A DNA stretch of 35,153 bases, taken from NCBI GenBank assembly GCA_964386145.1, contig CAYLSW010000001.1:1-35153 (forward strand), written 5' to 3'. Each line of letters opens with the position of its first letter. Position 1 is the first letter of the stretch. The notes under the pieces are model-generated. The model saw only the letters and a list, made by a program, of their open reading frames with translations, was not told where the DNA came from and searched no databases. The position numbers and the translations under genes were made by a program. Below, piece after piece: positions 18,052 through 26,903 of this stretch. Origin of the DNA: an uncultured Lentimicrobiaceae bacterium (lineage in GTDB: Bacteria > Bacteroidota > Bacteroidia > Bacteroidales > F082).

Positions 18052-19872
18052 ATGAAAAAATTATACCGTGTCTTAGCCTACGTATTCCCTTACTGGGGCC
18101 ATTTGCTTGCCAACCTGATTTTCAACATCATTACTATTGTCTTTTCTCTGTTTTCGCTTGCGTTACTCATTCCATTTCTAAATCTGCTTTTTGGCATGAA
18201 CAAGCTGGTTACGGCGAAGCCTGCATTATTTTTTAGTACCCATTCGGCGTTAAATTATCTGAACTATTATATCAGCCAGATTATCATCCATCAGGGCAAA
18301 TTACAAGCTTTGGTCTTTATTTGCATCGTCATTCTTATTTCCTTTTTCTTCAAAGACATCGGGCGGTATTTTGCCATGTATTTTATCACTTCGGCTCGTT
18401 CCGGAGCCATTCGGGGTGTTCGCGATGACCTATACGCCAAGTTGCTTATTCTACCACTGTCATACTATACAAAAAATAAAAAAGGCGATTTGATTACCCG
18501 TATCACTTCTGATGTGCAGGAATTGGAAATATCCATTCTCAATTATATCGAAGTACTGGTTCGCGATCCGCTGACCATCATTGCTTATCTTGCCTTTATG
18601 ATTAGCCTGAGCTTGAAACTCAGTATATTTGTTTTGGTAATTTTGCCGGTTACCGGAATATTTATCGGTACCATTGGGAGAAACCTTAGGAAAAATTCTG
18701 TCATTCTTCAGAACCTGTTTGGCGGCCTTATGTCCATTATCGAAGAAACTCTTTCCGGCTTGCGGGTGATCAAAGGATTTAATGCCATTCCGTATTTCAA
18801 CAAGCGTTTTGTTGCCATGGATAAGGTCTATTACCACAAGCAGGTCAGTGTAAACCGTCGTCGGGATCTCTCCTCACCACTAAGTGAATTTTTGTCCTCG
18901 CTTGTTATTGTTGTTATTCTGTGGTTTGGCGGACAGATGGTTATTTCTCCACATTCTACTATTCAAGCAGCTGATTTTATTACTTTTATTGTTGTCTTCT
19001 CACAAGTAATTACCCCGGCTAAATCGCTTTCGCAGAGCTATTTCAACATAAGAAAAGGGCTTGCTTCCGCCGACCGTATTTTTGAAGTATTGGATGCCAA
19101 AGAGGTCATTGTAGAAAAACCCGACGCCCTGCCCATCAAATCTTTTAAAAAAGAAATCCGCTTTGAGCATGCCTTTTTTAAATACCAAAAACATTATGTT
19201 ATAAAAGACATTGACATACTTATTCCCAAGGGGAAAATGATTGCTATTGTGGGAGAATCAGGTGGTGGAAAATCAACCATTGTAGATCTGCTACCGCGAT
19301 TTTACGATATTACCAAAGGTCGTATTCTGCTGGATGGCCATGACATCAGAGAATATAAAATAACTGATTTGCGGAGACTTATGGGTATTGTCTCACAGGA
19401 CAGTATTTTGTTTAACGACACTGTTTTCAACAACATCGCCTTTGGAATGACCAACATTTCACAGGAAGCTGTAGAAGAAGCGGCAAAAGTTGCCAACGCA
19501 CATGATTTCATTATGAAAATGGAAAAAGGCTATCAAACCAGTGTAAGAGATCGGGGAGTGATCCTTTCCGGCGGACAACGCCAACGGCTGAGCATAGCAC
19601 GGGCAGTCCTGGCCAATCCTGACATATTGATTTTGGATGAAGCGACCTCTTCTTTAGACACAGAAGCTGAACGGCTGGTACAGGATGCACTTTCAAAAAT
19701 CATGAAGAACAGAACCACACTGGTGATTGCTCACCGGCTTTCCACCATCCGCGATGCCGACGAAATCATTGTCATGCAAAAAGGTGAGATAGTAGAACGC
19801 GGCCCCCATGAATTATTGGTAAACCAAAACGGTATTTATAAACGGCTACAGGATTTGCAATCGTTTAAATGA
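18052..19872 (+). CDS. ABC exporter, fused TMD+NBD (MsbA-like)
   Basis: Six-TM N-terminal domain; GESGGGKST; LSGGQRQR; LDEATSSLD; IAHRLSTI. Confidence 0.9.
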   Translation: MKKLYRVLAYVFPYWGHLLANLIFNIITIVFSLFSLALLIPFLNLLFGMNKLVTAKPALFFSTHSALNYLNYYISQIIIHQGKLQALVFICIVILISFFFKDIGRYFAMYFITSARSGAIRGVRDDLYAKLLILPLSYYTKNKKGDLITRITSDVQELEISILNYIEVLVRDPLTIIAYLAFMISLSLKLSIFVLVILPVTGIFIGTIGRNLRKNSVILQNLFGGLMSIIEETLSGLRVIKGFNAIPYFNKRFVAMDKVYYHKQVSVNRRRDLSSPLSEFLSSLVIVVILWFGGQMVISPHSTIQAADFITFIVVFSQVITPAKSLSQSYFNIRKGLASADRIFEVLDAKEVIVEKPDALPIKSFKKEIRFEHAFFKYQKHYVIKDIDILIPKGKMIAIVGESGGGKSTIVDLLPRFYDITKGRILLDGHDIREYKITDLRRLMGIVSQDSILFNDTVFNNIAFGMTNISQEAVEEAAKVANAHDFIMKMEKGYQTSVRDRGVILSGGQRQRLSIARAVLANPDILILDEATSSLDTEAERLVQDALSKIMKNRTTLVIAHRLSTIRDADEIIVMQKGEIVERGPHELLVNQNGIYKRLQDLQSFK

Positions 19873-19911
19873 TATTGCCTGTTTACAGCACTGGTACCTC
19901 ATTCAAAACAG

Positions 19912-19945
19912 AAAAGCCATCTACCCGAAAGTAAATGGCTTTTTT
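19912..19945. terminator. Bidirectional intrinsic terminator between the ABC exporter and pruA
   Basis: AAAAGCCAT-CTAC...GTAA-ATGGCTTTTTT, with A and T runs on either side. Confidence 0.75.
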
Positions 19946-19965
19946 AATTCAACTACCGGAAATGT

Positions 19966-21597
19966 CTATTTCTCATCCATAAAGGGATACCGGTAATCGG
20001 TAGCCGGAATAAAAGTTTCCTTAATGGTTCGCGGACTTACCCAACGCATAAGGTTCAGGCTGGAGCCCGCCTTGTCGTTGGTTCCCGAAGCACGTGAACC
20101 ACCAAAAGGCTGCTGGCCTACAACGGCTCCGGTAGGTTTGTCGTTGATATAAAAGTTGCCGGCAGCATTTACCAGTTTTTTAGTAGCCATATCCACGGCA
20201 AAACGGTCATCCGCAAAAACAGCACCGGTCAGTCCGTAAGGTGAAGTACTGTCAAGAATATCCAGTGTTTCTTCGTACTTATCGGCATCATAAACATAAA
20301 GCGTCAGTACGGGGCCGAAAAGTTCCTCTTCCATGGTAACATAATGTGGATCCAACGCACGGATAACCGTAGGTTCAATAAAATAGCCTTCTGACTTGTC
20401 ATATCCGCCACCCACAATAATTTCAGCATCAGCATCCTTTTTGGCATTGTCAATAAATACAGCAAGCTTGTCGAAGCTGGCCTCATCAATCACAGCCGTC
20501 ATAAAATTAGTAAAATCTTCGGGGCTACCCATTTTTATACTTTTCACCTGCGCTACCATTATTTCTTTTACGTCATTCCACAAGTTATCAGGAATATAAG
20601 CCCTGGAAGCAGCCGAACATTTCTGTCCCTGAAACTCAAAGGCACCTCTTACCAAAGCTGTGGCTACCTGGTCGGCATGGGCTGTTTTGTGAACCATCAC
20701 AAAGTCTTTGCCTCCGGTTTCGCCTACAATACGGGGATAGGTTTTGTATTTGGCAATATTCGTTCCGATGGTTTTCCAAATATGCTGAAAAACGGCGGTA
20801 GAACCTGTAAAGTGAAATCCGGCAAAATCGGGATGTTCCATGACAATTTTGCCACCTACCGGACCCGAAACAAACACCAGATTGATGACGCCGTCTGGCA
20901 ACCCGGCTTCCATAAAAATATCCATGATGACCTTGGCAGAATAAACCTGTGTGTTTGAACATTTCCAAACTACCACATTACCCATCAATGCAGGAGCACC
21001 GGGAAGGTTTCCGGCAATAGAAGTAAAGTTGAAAGGTGTCAGCGCATACACAAAACCCTCCAGAGGACGGTATTCCAGACGATTCCAGATACCCTTGGAA
21101 GAAGCAGGTTGCTGACTGTATATTTCTGTCATGTATTGCACGTTGAAACGAAAAAAGTCAGCCAGTTCACAAGCAGCATCAATTTCGGCCTGAAAAACAG
21201 TTTTCGACTGTGCCAACATAGTGGCAGCATTGATTTTGGCGCGGTATGGACCACTAAGCAGGTCAGCAGCACGCAAAAAGATGGCGGCACGTTGCTCCCA
21301 AGGCATGTTATGCCAGGTTTTTCGGGCTTCGAGGGCTGCATCAATTGCCATGGTGACATGGGAAGCATCGCCTTTGTGATAATAGCCCAGCGTATGTTGC
21401 AGTTCGTGGGGCGGATGAATAGCCACTTTCTCACCAGTGGTAACCTGTTTGCCGCCAATGACCATGGGAATTTCAAGCTCCTCCGATTTCATTTTTGCCA
21501 ATATGGCTTTGAGCTCGGCACGCTCCGGTGAACCGGGTCTGTAGCTCAACACAGACTCGTTGTATGCTTTTGGAACACTCTCGAGATTGCTGTACAT
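19966..21597 (-). CDS. pruA: L-glutamate gamma-semialdehyde (P5C) dehydrogenase
   Basis: QAEIDAACEL, PFNFTSI, FTGST, GETGGKDF, FEFQGQKCSAASR (catalytic Cys), EELFGP, NDKPTGAVVGQQPFGG. Confidence 0.95.
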   Translation of the reverse strand: MYSNLESVPKAYNESVLSYRPGSPERAELKAILAKMKSEELEIPMVIGGKQVTTGEKVAIHPPHELQHTLGYYHKGDASHVTMAIDAALEARKTWHNMPWEQRAAIFLRAADLLSGPYRAKINAATMLAQSKTVFQAEIDAACELADFFRFNVQYMTEIYSQQPASSKGIWNRLEYRPLEGFVYALTPFNFTSIAGNLPGAPALMGNVVVWKCSNTQVYSAKVIMDIFMEAGLPDGVINLVFVSGPVGGKIVMEHPDFAGFHFTGSTAVFQHIWKTIGTNIAKYKTYPRIVGETGGKDFVMVHKTAHADQVATALVRGAFEFQGQKCSAASRAYIPDNLWNDVKEIMVAQVKSIKMGSPEDFTNFMTAVIDEASFDKLAVFIDNAKKDADAEIIVGGGYDKSEGYFIEPTVIRALDPHYVTMEEELFGPVLTLYVYDADKYEETLDILDSTSPYGLTGAVFADDRFAVDMATKKLVNAAGNFYINDKPTGAVVGQQPFGGSRASGTNDKAGSSLNLMRWVSPRTIKETFIPATDYRYPFMDEK

Positions 21598-21843
21598 TGT
21601 ATTAATTTTTTAAGGTTTAAGAAACTAAATTTATTACAGGCAAAAATAGGAATAATTTTGGCTTTGTTAAACTTAACTATTCTGGATTTCAGCTTGAATA
21701 AGTAGAATCCAACTTACTGATTTATAGTGATGTACCACTATAAAAATAGATTAACATTATTTAGTACTTTTTAACTCCGGAAGGTGGACAATAACGGAAT
21801 TCCCGATAGTACATTTGCACATTAATCTTAAAAAATTAGAATC

Positions 21844-22164
21844 ATGAAAAAAGTATTATTATTATTTGTCATGGTGTTTGCTTTTAGCCTGACACAGGCT
21901 AACAACCATGCCGTCGTAAAAACCATCACAAGTCAGAATACCACTCTGCAAAACAGCTCTATGAATATTTTAGGGCTTAACATGCTAACAATACCTGCCG
22001 TTCAATTGGAGGCTGTTACAGATATCGGAATTCTACACTTCGGCCATCATGCAAAAAAGACTAAACAACCCAAGACTGACAAGAAATCGAAGGCAAACAA
22101 AACCAGACATCACAGATCAGAAAGATGGGGACACCATCATAACAAAAAAGAAAACAAAAAATAA
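21844..22164 (+). CDS. Small secreted hypothetical protein with a His/Lys-rich C-terminal tail
   Basis: Sec signal peptide MKKVLLLFVMVFAFSLTQA; upstream TACATTTG box (21810-21817); downstream terminator. Confidence 0.7.
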   Translation: MKKVLLLFVMVFAFSLTQANNHAVVKTITSQNTTLQNSSMNILGLNMLTIPAVQLEAVTDIGILHFGHHAKKTKQPKTDKKSKANKTRHHRSERWGHHHNKKENKK

Positions 22165-22182
22165 TTGAGCCACTGTTTTGGG

Positions 22183-22212
22183 AAAGCGGTACTTTCAGCT
22201 ACCGCTTTTTTT
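22183..22212. terminator. Intrinsic terminator (possibly bidirectional)
   Basis: AAAGCGGTA...TACCGCTTT stem plus T run, between convergent genes. Confidence 0.7.
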
Positions 22213-23173
22213 ATGCAGTTTCCAGTACTTTTCTAACCAATTCAAACACGGTAATCTCTGGTGGGCAGTTGAAACGCAATGGAATACCGGATACACCTGC
22301 TCCCGGACTGGTATAGCCTGTCATGCCGTTTTGCTGCCACAATCCACGCACGCGCTCCCGCTTTCCCTTTTGGTGACTAATAATCGGAAAGCCGCCCGGA
22401 AGACAGATTTGACCTCCATGGGTATGCCCACACAAATAAAGCCTGAAATGATTTTCTGCAGCTATGTCACTCATCTCGCTCGTATGCGACAAAGCAATGG
22501 AGAACTCTTTTGCATCGTTTTCCAAAGCATGTAAGACCATATCAGTATAAAAATAAAAGGTATCGTCGGTGCCGTTAATACGAATACGCTGGTCCTCTTT
22601 TTCTATTTGAACCGACTCGTTAACCAAAAATCGCAAGCCGAGTGGCTCCAGCAACTCTACCATTTTGTAAGAATCGTGATTCCCCAAAACAGCCAATATT
22701 CCCTGCTCCGGACGGATGGCCGACAACAGTTTGTTCAAAGCCGGAAGTATTTGTCTGAAACTTCCCGCGATGTCTTTTCTGAAATCGCCGGTTATAACAC
22801 ACAAGTCAAAATCAAGCGGCTTTATTTTCCGGATCAGAATGTCTTCAAGCCCTTCAATGGCATCGATATGTAAATCGCTTAACTGCAATATTTTGAACCC
22901 ATTGAAAGCCGGTGGCAAATCCTCAAATGACAGCTTAAGTTTTTTTACTTCAATATTTTTGGCGTTGGCATTACCTCTTTTGTACCATCTTGTCAACCGG
23001 AGCAAAAGCTTAAAAAACCACAACAGTCGCTCAAACAATGACCAGTTGCTTCTGGACTTTTTACCACTGCGTTTGTATTTGAAACGAAAAGCCTCCTGCG
23101 TAGCCCGCACCGAAGCCCAGATAATACGTGCTTCTTTCTCCTTTTGATGAAGCGGATAATCGTGCATGGCCAT
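22211..23173 (-). CDS. Metallophosphoesterase (calcineurin-like, YkuE type)
   Basis: SDLH, TGDF, LGNHD, LSH, CGHTHGGQ, PLRFNCPPEI. Start moved to ATG 23173 because a TATTTTTG -7 box (23192-23199, minus strand) overlaps the ORF-track start. Confidence 0.9.
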   Translation of the reverse strand: MAMHDYPLHQKEKEARIIWASVRATQEAFRFKYKRSGKKSRSNWSLFERLLWFFKLLLRLTRWYKRGNANAKNIEVKKLKLSFEDLPPAFNGFKILQLSDLHIDAIEGLEDILIRKIKPLDFDLCVITGDFRKDIAGSFRQILPALNKLLSAIRPEQGILAVLGNHDSYKMVELLEPLGLRFLVNESVQIEKEDQRIRINGTDDTFYFYTDMVLHALENDAKEFSIALSHTSEMSDIAAENHFRLYLCGHTHGGQICLPGGFPIISHQKGKRERVRGLWQQNGMTGYTSPGAGVSGIPLRFNCPPEITVFELVRKVLETA

Positions 23174-23245
23174 TTTGTTTTGTCGAAAGTACAAAAATAA
23201 TACAATGACTGTGTCAGGCCTTATGCTGAAAAAAAGAAGCTAAAA

Positions 23246-23366
23246 GAACTACCCGGGGCAAAGCCCCGAGGTATCACAAGGATTTTTTTTCTTTCCGACC
23301 CGGAGAATCGGAGAATTAAACCACGATCTTCTCGTCCGCCAAAGCGGAACGCAAAGGAGAATTAAA
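23246..23366. repeat. Palindromic miniature element (REP-like or resembling IS200/IS605 ends)
   Basis: GC-rich hairpin TACC-CGGGGC-AAA-GCCCCG-A-GGTA (23250-23273); second hairpin TCCGC-CAAA-GCGGA (23335-23348); 11-bp direct repeat GGAGAATTAAA (23310-23320, 23356-23366). Confidence 0.55.
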
Positions 23367-23528
23367 TATCTGATTTAGTCCGAATCAATTTAATTCATAC
23401 CTTAGTCGTTCGTTGTTTGCTTTATCCTGCCGGGAAGTTGATACTTTTTTGTTTTTTCTGTAAGTAAAGATACTTTCCACCGACTAAAGCAGTACAATTT
23501 TTCAAATTCAAATTTCAACACAACTGAA

Positions 23529-25472
23529 ATGAAAAAAGAAAAAAAATGGATAAAGGTGCTGGACAATGCTTCGGAGCTGCACGAAAACCGTGTTATGACA
23601 GTAACTGCCGACCATACAGATATTTGTCTGAGTCGTTTTGAAGGAAAAGTCTGCGCCCTCGACAACAGATGTCCTCACCAGGGCGGGCCACTTGGTGAAG
23701 GCAGCATCGAAAACGGCCTGTTGCGCTGTCCCTGGCACGGCTGGGATTATCACCCCTGTACCGGCAAAGCGCCGGGATTCGATGATGGTGTTGAACCCAT
23801 TGAAGTAAAAACAGAAAACAACAAAATTTACGTCGCCCTGGAGAGAGAGGAAGAGCATAAAGTAACGGTCAGCGACATCATGGTAGAAACCATGGTAAAT
23901 TGGGGTGTGGACACGGTCTTCGGAATGGTGGGCCATTCCAACCTCGGATTGGCAGATGCTTTTCGCCGCAGGGAAAAGCAGGGAAGGCTGCGCTACTTCG
24001 CCATCCGCCACGAAGGTGCTGCTGCTTTTGCCGCTTCAGCTTATGGAAAACTCACCGGAAAACCGGCTGCTTGTTTTGCCATTGCCGGTCCGGGCTCTAC
24101 CAACATGTATACCGGCATGTGGGACGCCAACGTGGATCGTGCACCACTGCTAGCCTTAACCGGACAAGTAGCAACACAAATAGTAGGAACCGGAAACTTT
24201 CAGGAGGTGGATCTGGTACGGGCTTTCAGCACGGTAGCCGGATTCAATCACCGGGTGCAACACGACAGCCTGCACGCCGAACTCATGAGTCTGGCCATCA
24301 AGCATGCCCTGCTGGACCGTACGGTTTCACACCTTACTTTTCCCGATGAGGTTCAGACACTTCCTGCCGGAGAGGAAAAAGCACAGACCTCAGAAAACCG
24401 CATAACCTTGCTGAAAATGGCACCGCCGGAAGCAGCCCTGCAAGAAGCAGAAAAAATGCTTTTACAAAGCCAACGACCGGTTATCATTGTGGGACACGGC
24501 GCACGCTTCAGTATGGATAATATCATCCGGCTTGCCGAAGTGCTGAAAGCACCAGTGCTGACTACTTTCAAAGCCAAAGGTCAGATTTCGGACCACCATC
24601 CGCTGGCCGGCGGAGTGCTGGGAAGAAGCGGAACACCGGTGGCTTCCTGGCTTATGAACGAATCGGACCTGTTGCTCGTACTGGGAGCTTCTTTTTCAAA
24701 TCACACCGGCATTACCGATAAAAAACCTTTGATACAGGTGGATTCCGACCCTCTGGCACTGGCCAAATTTCATGCGGTTGACACGCAGGTACCCGGAGAT
24801 GTTGCAGTGGCCGTTGAAATGTTCATAAAGGACTTAAAAGGACAAATCACAACTACTGATCAAACCGGAGATATTGCTTCCCGCTGGAGAATCTGGCGTA
24901 CCGAAAAAGCAAAACGGCTGAAGGAATATCACGGAAACGGACTTGGAGCCATCCATATTTTCGATGCCCTGAACCAACTTGCTCCCGAAAATGCCGTTAT
25001 GACAGTGGATGTGGGAAACAATGCTTATTCGTTCGGGCGCTACTACGAAAGTAAAAACAACACGTTTCTCATGTCAGGCTATCTCGGTTCCATTGGATTT
25101 GCCCTCCCCGCAGCAATCGGTGCCTGGGCAGCCACAGGAAATGAACGCCCCATCATAGCAGTGGCCGGCGATGGTGGCCTCGCCCAATACCTTGCCGAAA
25201 TAACCACCTTGGTAAAATACCAAATGAATGTAAAAATTATACTGCTCAATAACAATGAGCTGGGGAAAATATCCAAAGAACAACGTTCCGGCCACTTTGA
25301 AGTATGGAAAACCCAACTTACCAACCCGGATTTTGCTACTTTTGCCGGTTCTTGCGGAGCATTGGGTCTAAAAGCAGACAACCCGGAGAACCTGTTCGAG
25401 AGAATGCAGCAACTGTTTGCCCATAACGGCACCGCATTATTGGAGATAAAAACCGATGTTTCTCTACTATGA
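23529..25472 (+). CDS. Rieske [2Fe-2S] domain fused to a thiamine-diphosphate enzyme (pyruvate oxidase/acetolactate synthase-like)
   Basis: N-terminal Rieske boxes CPHQGGPL and CPWHGW; then RHEGAAAF (catalytic Glu), GPGSTN, FQEVD, and the TPP motif GDGG...NN. Confidence 0.9.
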   Translation: MKKEKKWIKVLDNASELHENRVMTVTADHTDICLSRFEGKVCALDNRCPHQGGPLGEGSIENGLLRCPWHGWDYHPCTGKAPGFDDGVEPIEVKTENNKIYVALEREEEHKVTVSDIMVETMVNWGVDTVFGMVGHSNLGLADAFRRREKQGRLRYFAIRHEGAAAFAASAYGKLTGKPAACFAIAGPGSTNMYTGMWDANVDRAPLLALTGQVATQIVGTGNFQEVDLVRAFSTVAGFNHRVQHDSLHAELMSLAIKHALLDRTVSHLTFPDEVQTLPAGEEKAQTSENRITLLKMAPPEAALQEAEKMLLQSQRPVIIVGHGARFSMDNIIRLAEVLKAPVLTTFKAKGQISDHHPLAGGVLGRSGTPVASWLMNESDLLLVLGASFSNHTGITDKKPLIQVDSDPLALAKFHAVDTQVPGDVAVAVEMFIKDLKGQITTTDQTGDIASRWRIWRTEKAKRLKEYHGNGLGAIHIFDALNQLAPENAVMTVDVGNNAYSFGRYYESKNNTFLMSGYLGSIGFALPAAIGAWAATGNERPIIAVAGDGGLAQYLAEITTLVKYQMNVKIILLNNNELGKISKEQRSGHFEVWKTQLTNPDFATFAGSCGALGLKADNPENLFERMQQLFAHNGTALLEIKTDVSLL

Positions 25473-25513
25473 AAAATCCACAAGTTGAAAATAAAGACTG
25501 AAAAAATTGCTTC

Positions 25514-26482
25514 ATGCAGATAAAAACACAAACCATAAACATAAACCTGGCTGAAGCTGTCAGGGATGGCTTTTCAAAAAGTCCTAAAAGTATATCTTCC
25601 ATGTTTTTGTACGATACGGAAGGCGACCGGCTTTTTCAGGAAATCATGAAAATGCCCGAATACTACCTCACTCGTTGTGAAGAAGAAATTTTTCACTTTC
25701 AGAAAGAGGAAATCCTACAGGAAATGCGGGCATTTGATGACTCTTTTAACCTGTTGGAATTTGGTGCCGGCGACGGAAGTAAAACCAAAATTCTACTCCG
25801 TTATCTGCTTGAAAAAGGTGCCGGCTTCACCTACTATCCCGTGGATATTTCAGGACATATTTTGTCAGAACTTGCATACAGCCTGCTTGAAGAGATGCCA
25901 TCGCTGAAAGTGCATCCCATGCATTTTGAATACTTCGATGCCATAAGAGAAACAACTCATCTGAACCACCGGCGAAATATCACACTTTTCCTGGGCTCAA
26001 ATATGGGAAACTTTACACACGAACAAGCCGTTGATTTTTACAAAAATTTTGCCCATGAAAGCAAAGCCGGCGACCTCTTGTTTGTGGGTATTGACCGCCG
26101 CAAAAATCCGGATATCATCAGCCAGGCCTACGACGACCCACAAGGCATTACGGCAGCTTTCAACCTGAATCTGCTGCGCCGTATGAACCATGAGTTGGGT
26201 GCCGGTTTTGATTTGAAGGCTTTCAGGCACTACACTTTTTACGAGCCGGTCAGCGGCGAAGTACGTAGTTATCTGGTCTCTCAGAGAGATCAACAGGTAC
26301 ATTTTGAAGCACTTGATACACAATTTTTCTTTGCAAAAAACGAACTCATCCATACGGAAATATCCAAAAAATACAGTCCGGAAGAAATAGCCCGACTGGC
26401 CAAAGATACAGGATACAAAGTGGTCCGCCATTTTACGGACAGCCGCCGGTACTTTTTGGATAGCCTATGGGAAATCATATAG
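25514..26482 (+). CDS. egtD: L-histidine N(alpha)-methyltransferase EgtD (Methyltransf_33 family)
   Basis: LYDxxGxxLF, PEYYLTRCE, EFGAGDGSKT, PVDIS, FLGSNMGNF, AYDDPQGITAAFNLN, TEISKKY. Confidence 0.88.
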   Translation: MQIKTQTININLAEAVRDGFSKSPKSISSMFLYDTEGDRLFQEIMKMPEYYLTRCEEEIFHFQKEEILQEMRAFDDSFNLLEFGAGDGSKTKILLRYLLEKGAGFTYYPVDISGHILSELAYSLLEEMPSLKVHPMHFEYFDAIRETTHLNHRRNITLFLGSNMGNFTHEQAVDFYKNFAHESKAGDLLFVGIDRRKNPDIISQAYDDPQGITAAFNLNLLRRMNHELGAGFDLKAFRHYTFYEPVSGEVRSYLVSQRDQQVHFEALDTQFFFAKNELIHTEISKKYSPEEIARLAKDTGYKVVRHFTDSRRYFLDSLWEII

Positions 26483-26565
26483 TCCTTGCCGTTATTATTT
26501 CCGTAAGGAATCGGACGGCACCACGTCTAATGAAGTAAAAGAAACAAAATTAAAATAGAGAAATA

Positions 26566-26847
26566 ATGAAAGCAATCTGGAACAACAAAGTAATTGCCGA
26601 GAGCAACAAGACCATCGTCGTGGAAAGGAACCACTATTTCCCTCCCGAATCCATCAAAAAGGAATTTTTTGAAGAAAGCAGCACCCACACCACCTGTCCA
26701 TGGAAAGGAGTAGCCTCTTATCGCACTGTAATTGTAGACGGAAAGCAAAATCGTGATGCAGCCTGGTATTACCCCGCCCCGAGAGAACTTGCTAAGGGCA
26801 TCGAAAATTATGTGGCCTTTTGGAAAGGCGTAACCATTGTTGAATAA
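26566..26847 (+). CDS. DUF427 domain-containing protein
   Basis: MKAIWN..VIAES, VERNHYFPP, TTCPWKGVASY, AAWYYPAP, YVAFW. Confidence 0.9.
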   Translation: MKAIWNNKVIAESNKTIVVERNHYFPPESIKKEFFEESSTHTTCPWKGVASYRTVIVDGKQNRDAAWYYPAPRELAKGIENYVAFWKGVTIVE

Positions 26848-26903
26848 AAACGTTTATGAAGAACAGGAATCGTAAAAATTTCCTGTTTCAAAATACGGAC
26901 TAA

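Noticed and set aside
19540-19560. ABC exporter has VRDRG instead of the usual VGDRG before the signature motif
   Set aside because: A single-base difference that could be a variant or sequencing error; the core catalytic motifs are intact.
23402-24349. Longer antisense or alternate-frame ORFs (87, 149 and 167 aa) overlapping the Rieske-TPP gene
   Set aside because: They are shadow ORFs of a GC-richer coding region with no motifs; the same applies to the other short overlapping ORFs in the track.
26487-26520. Hairpin TGCCGT...ACGGCA between egtD and DUF427 (and a second at ~26862-26887)
   Set aside because: Neither has a U tract, so they cannot be called terminators; at most they are intra-operon stability hairpins.
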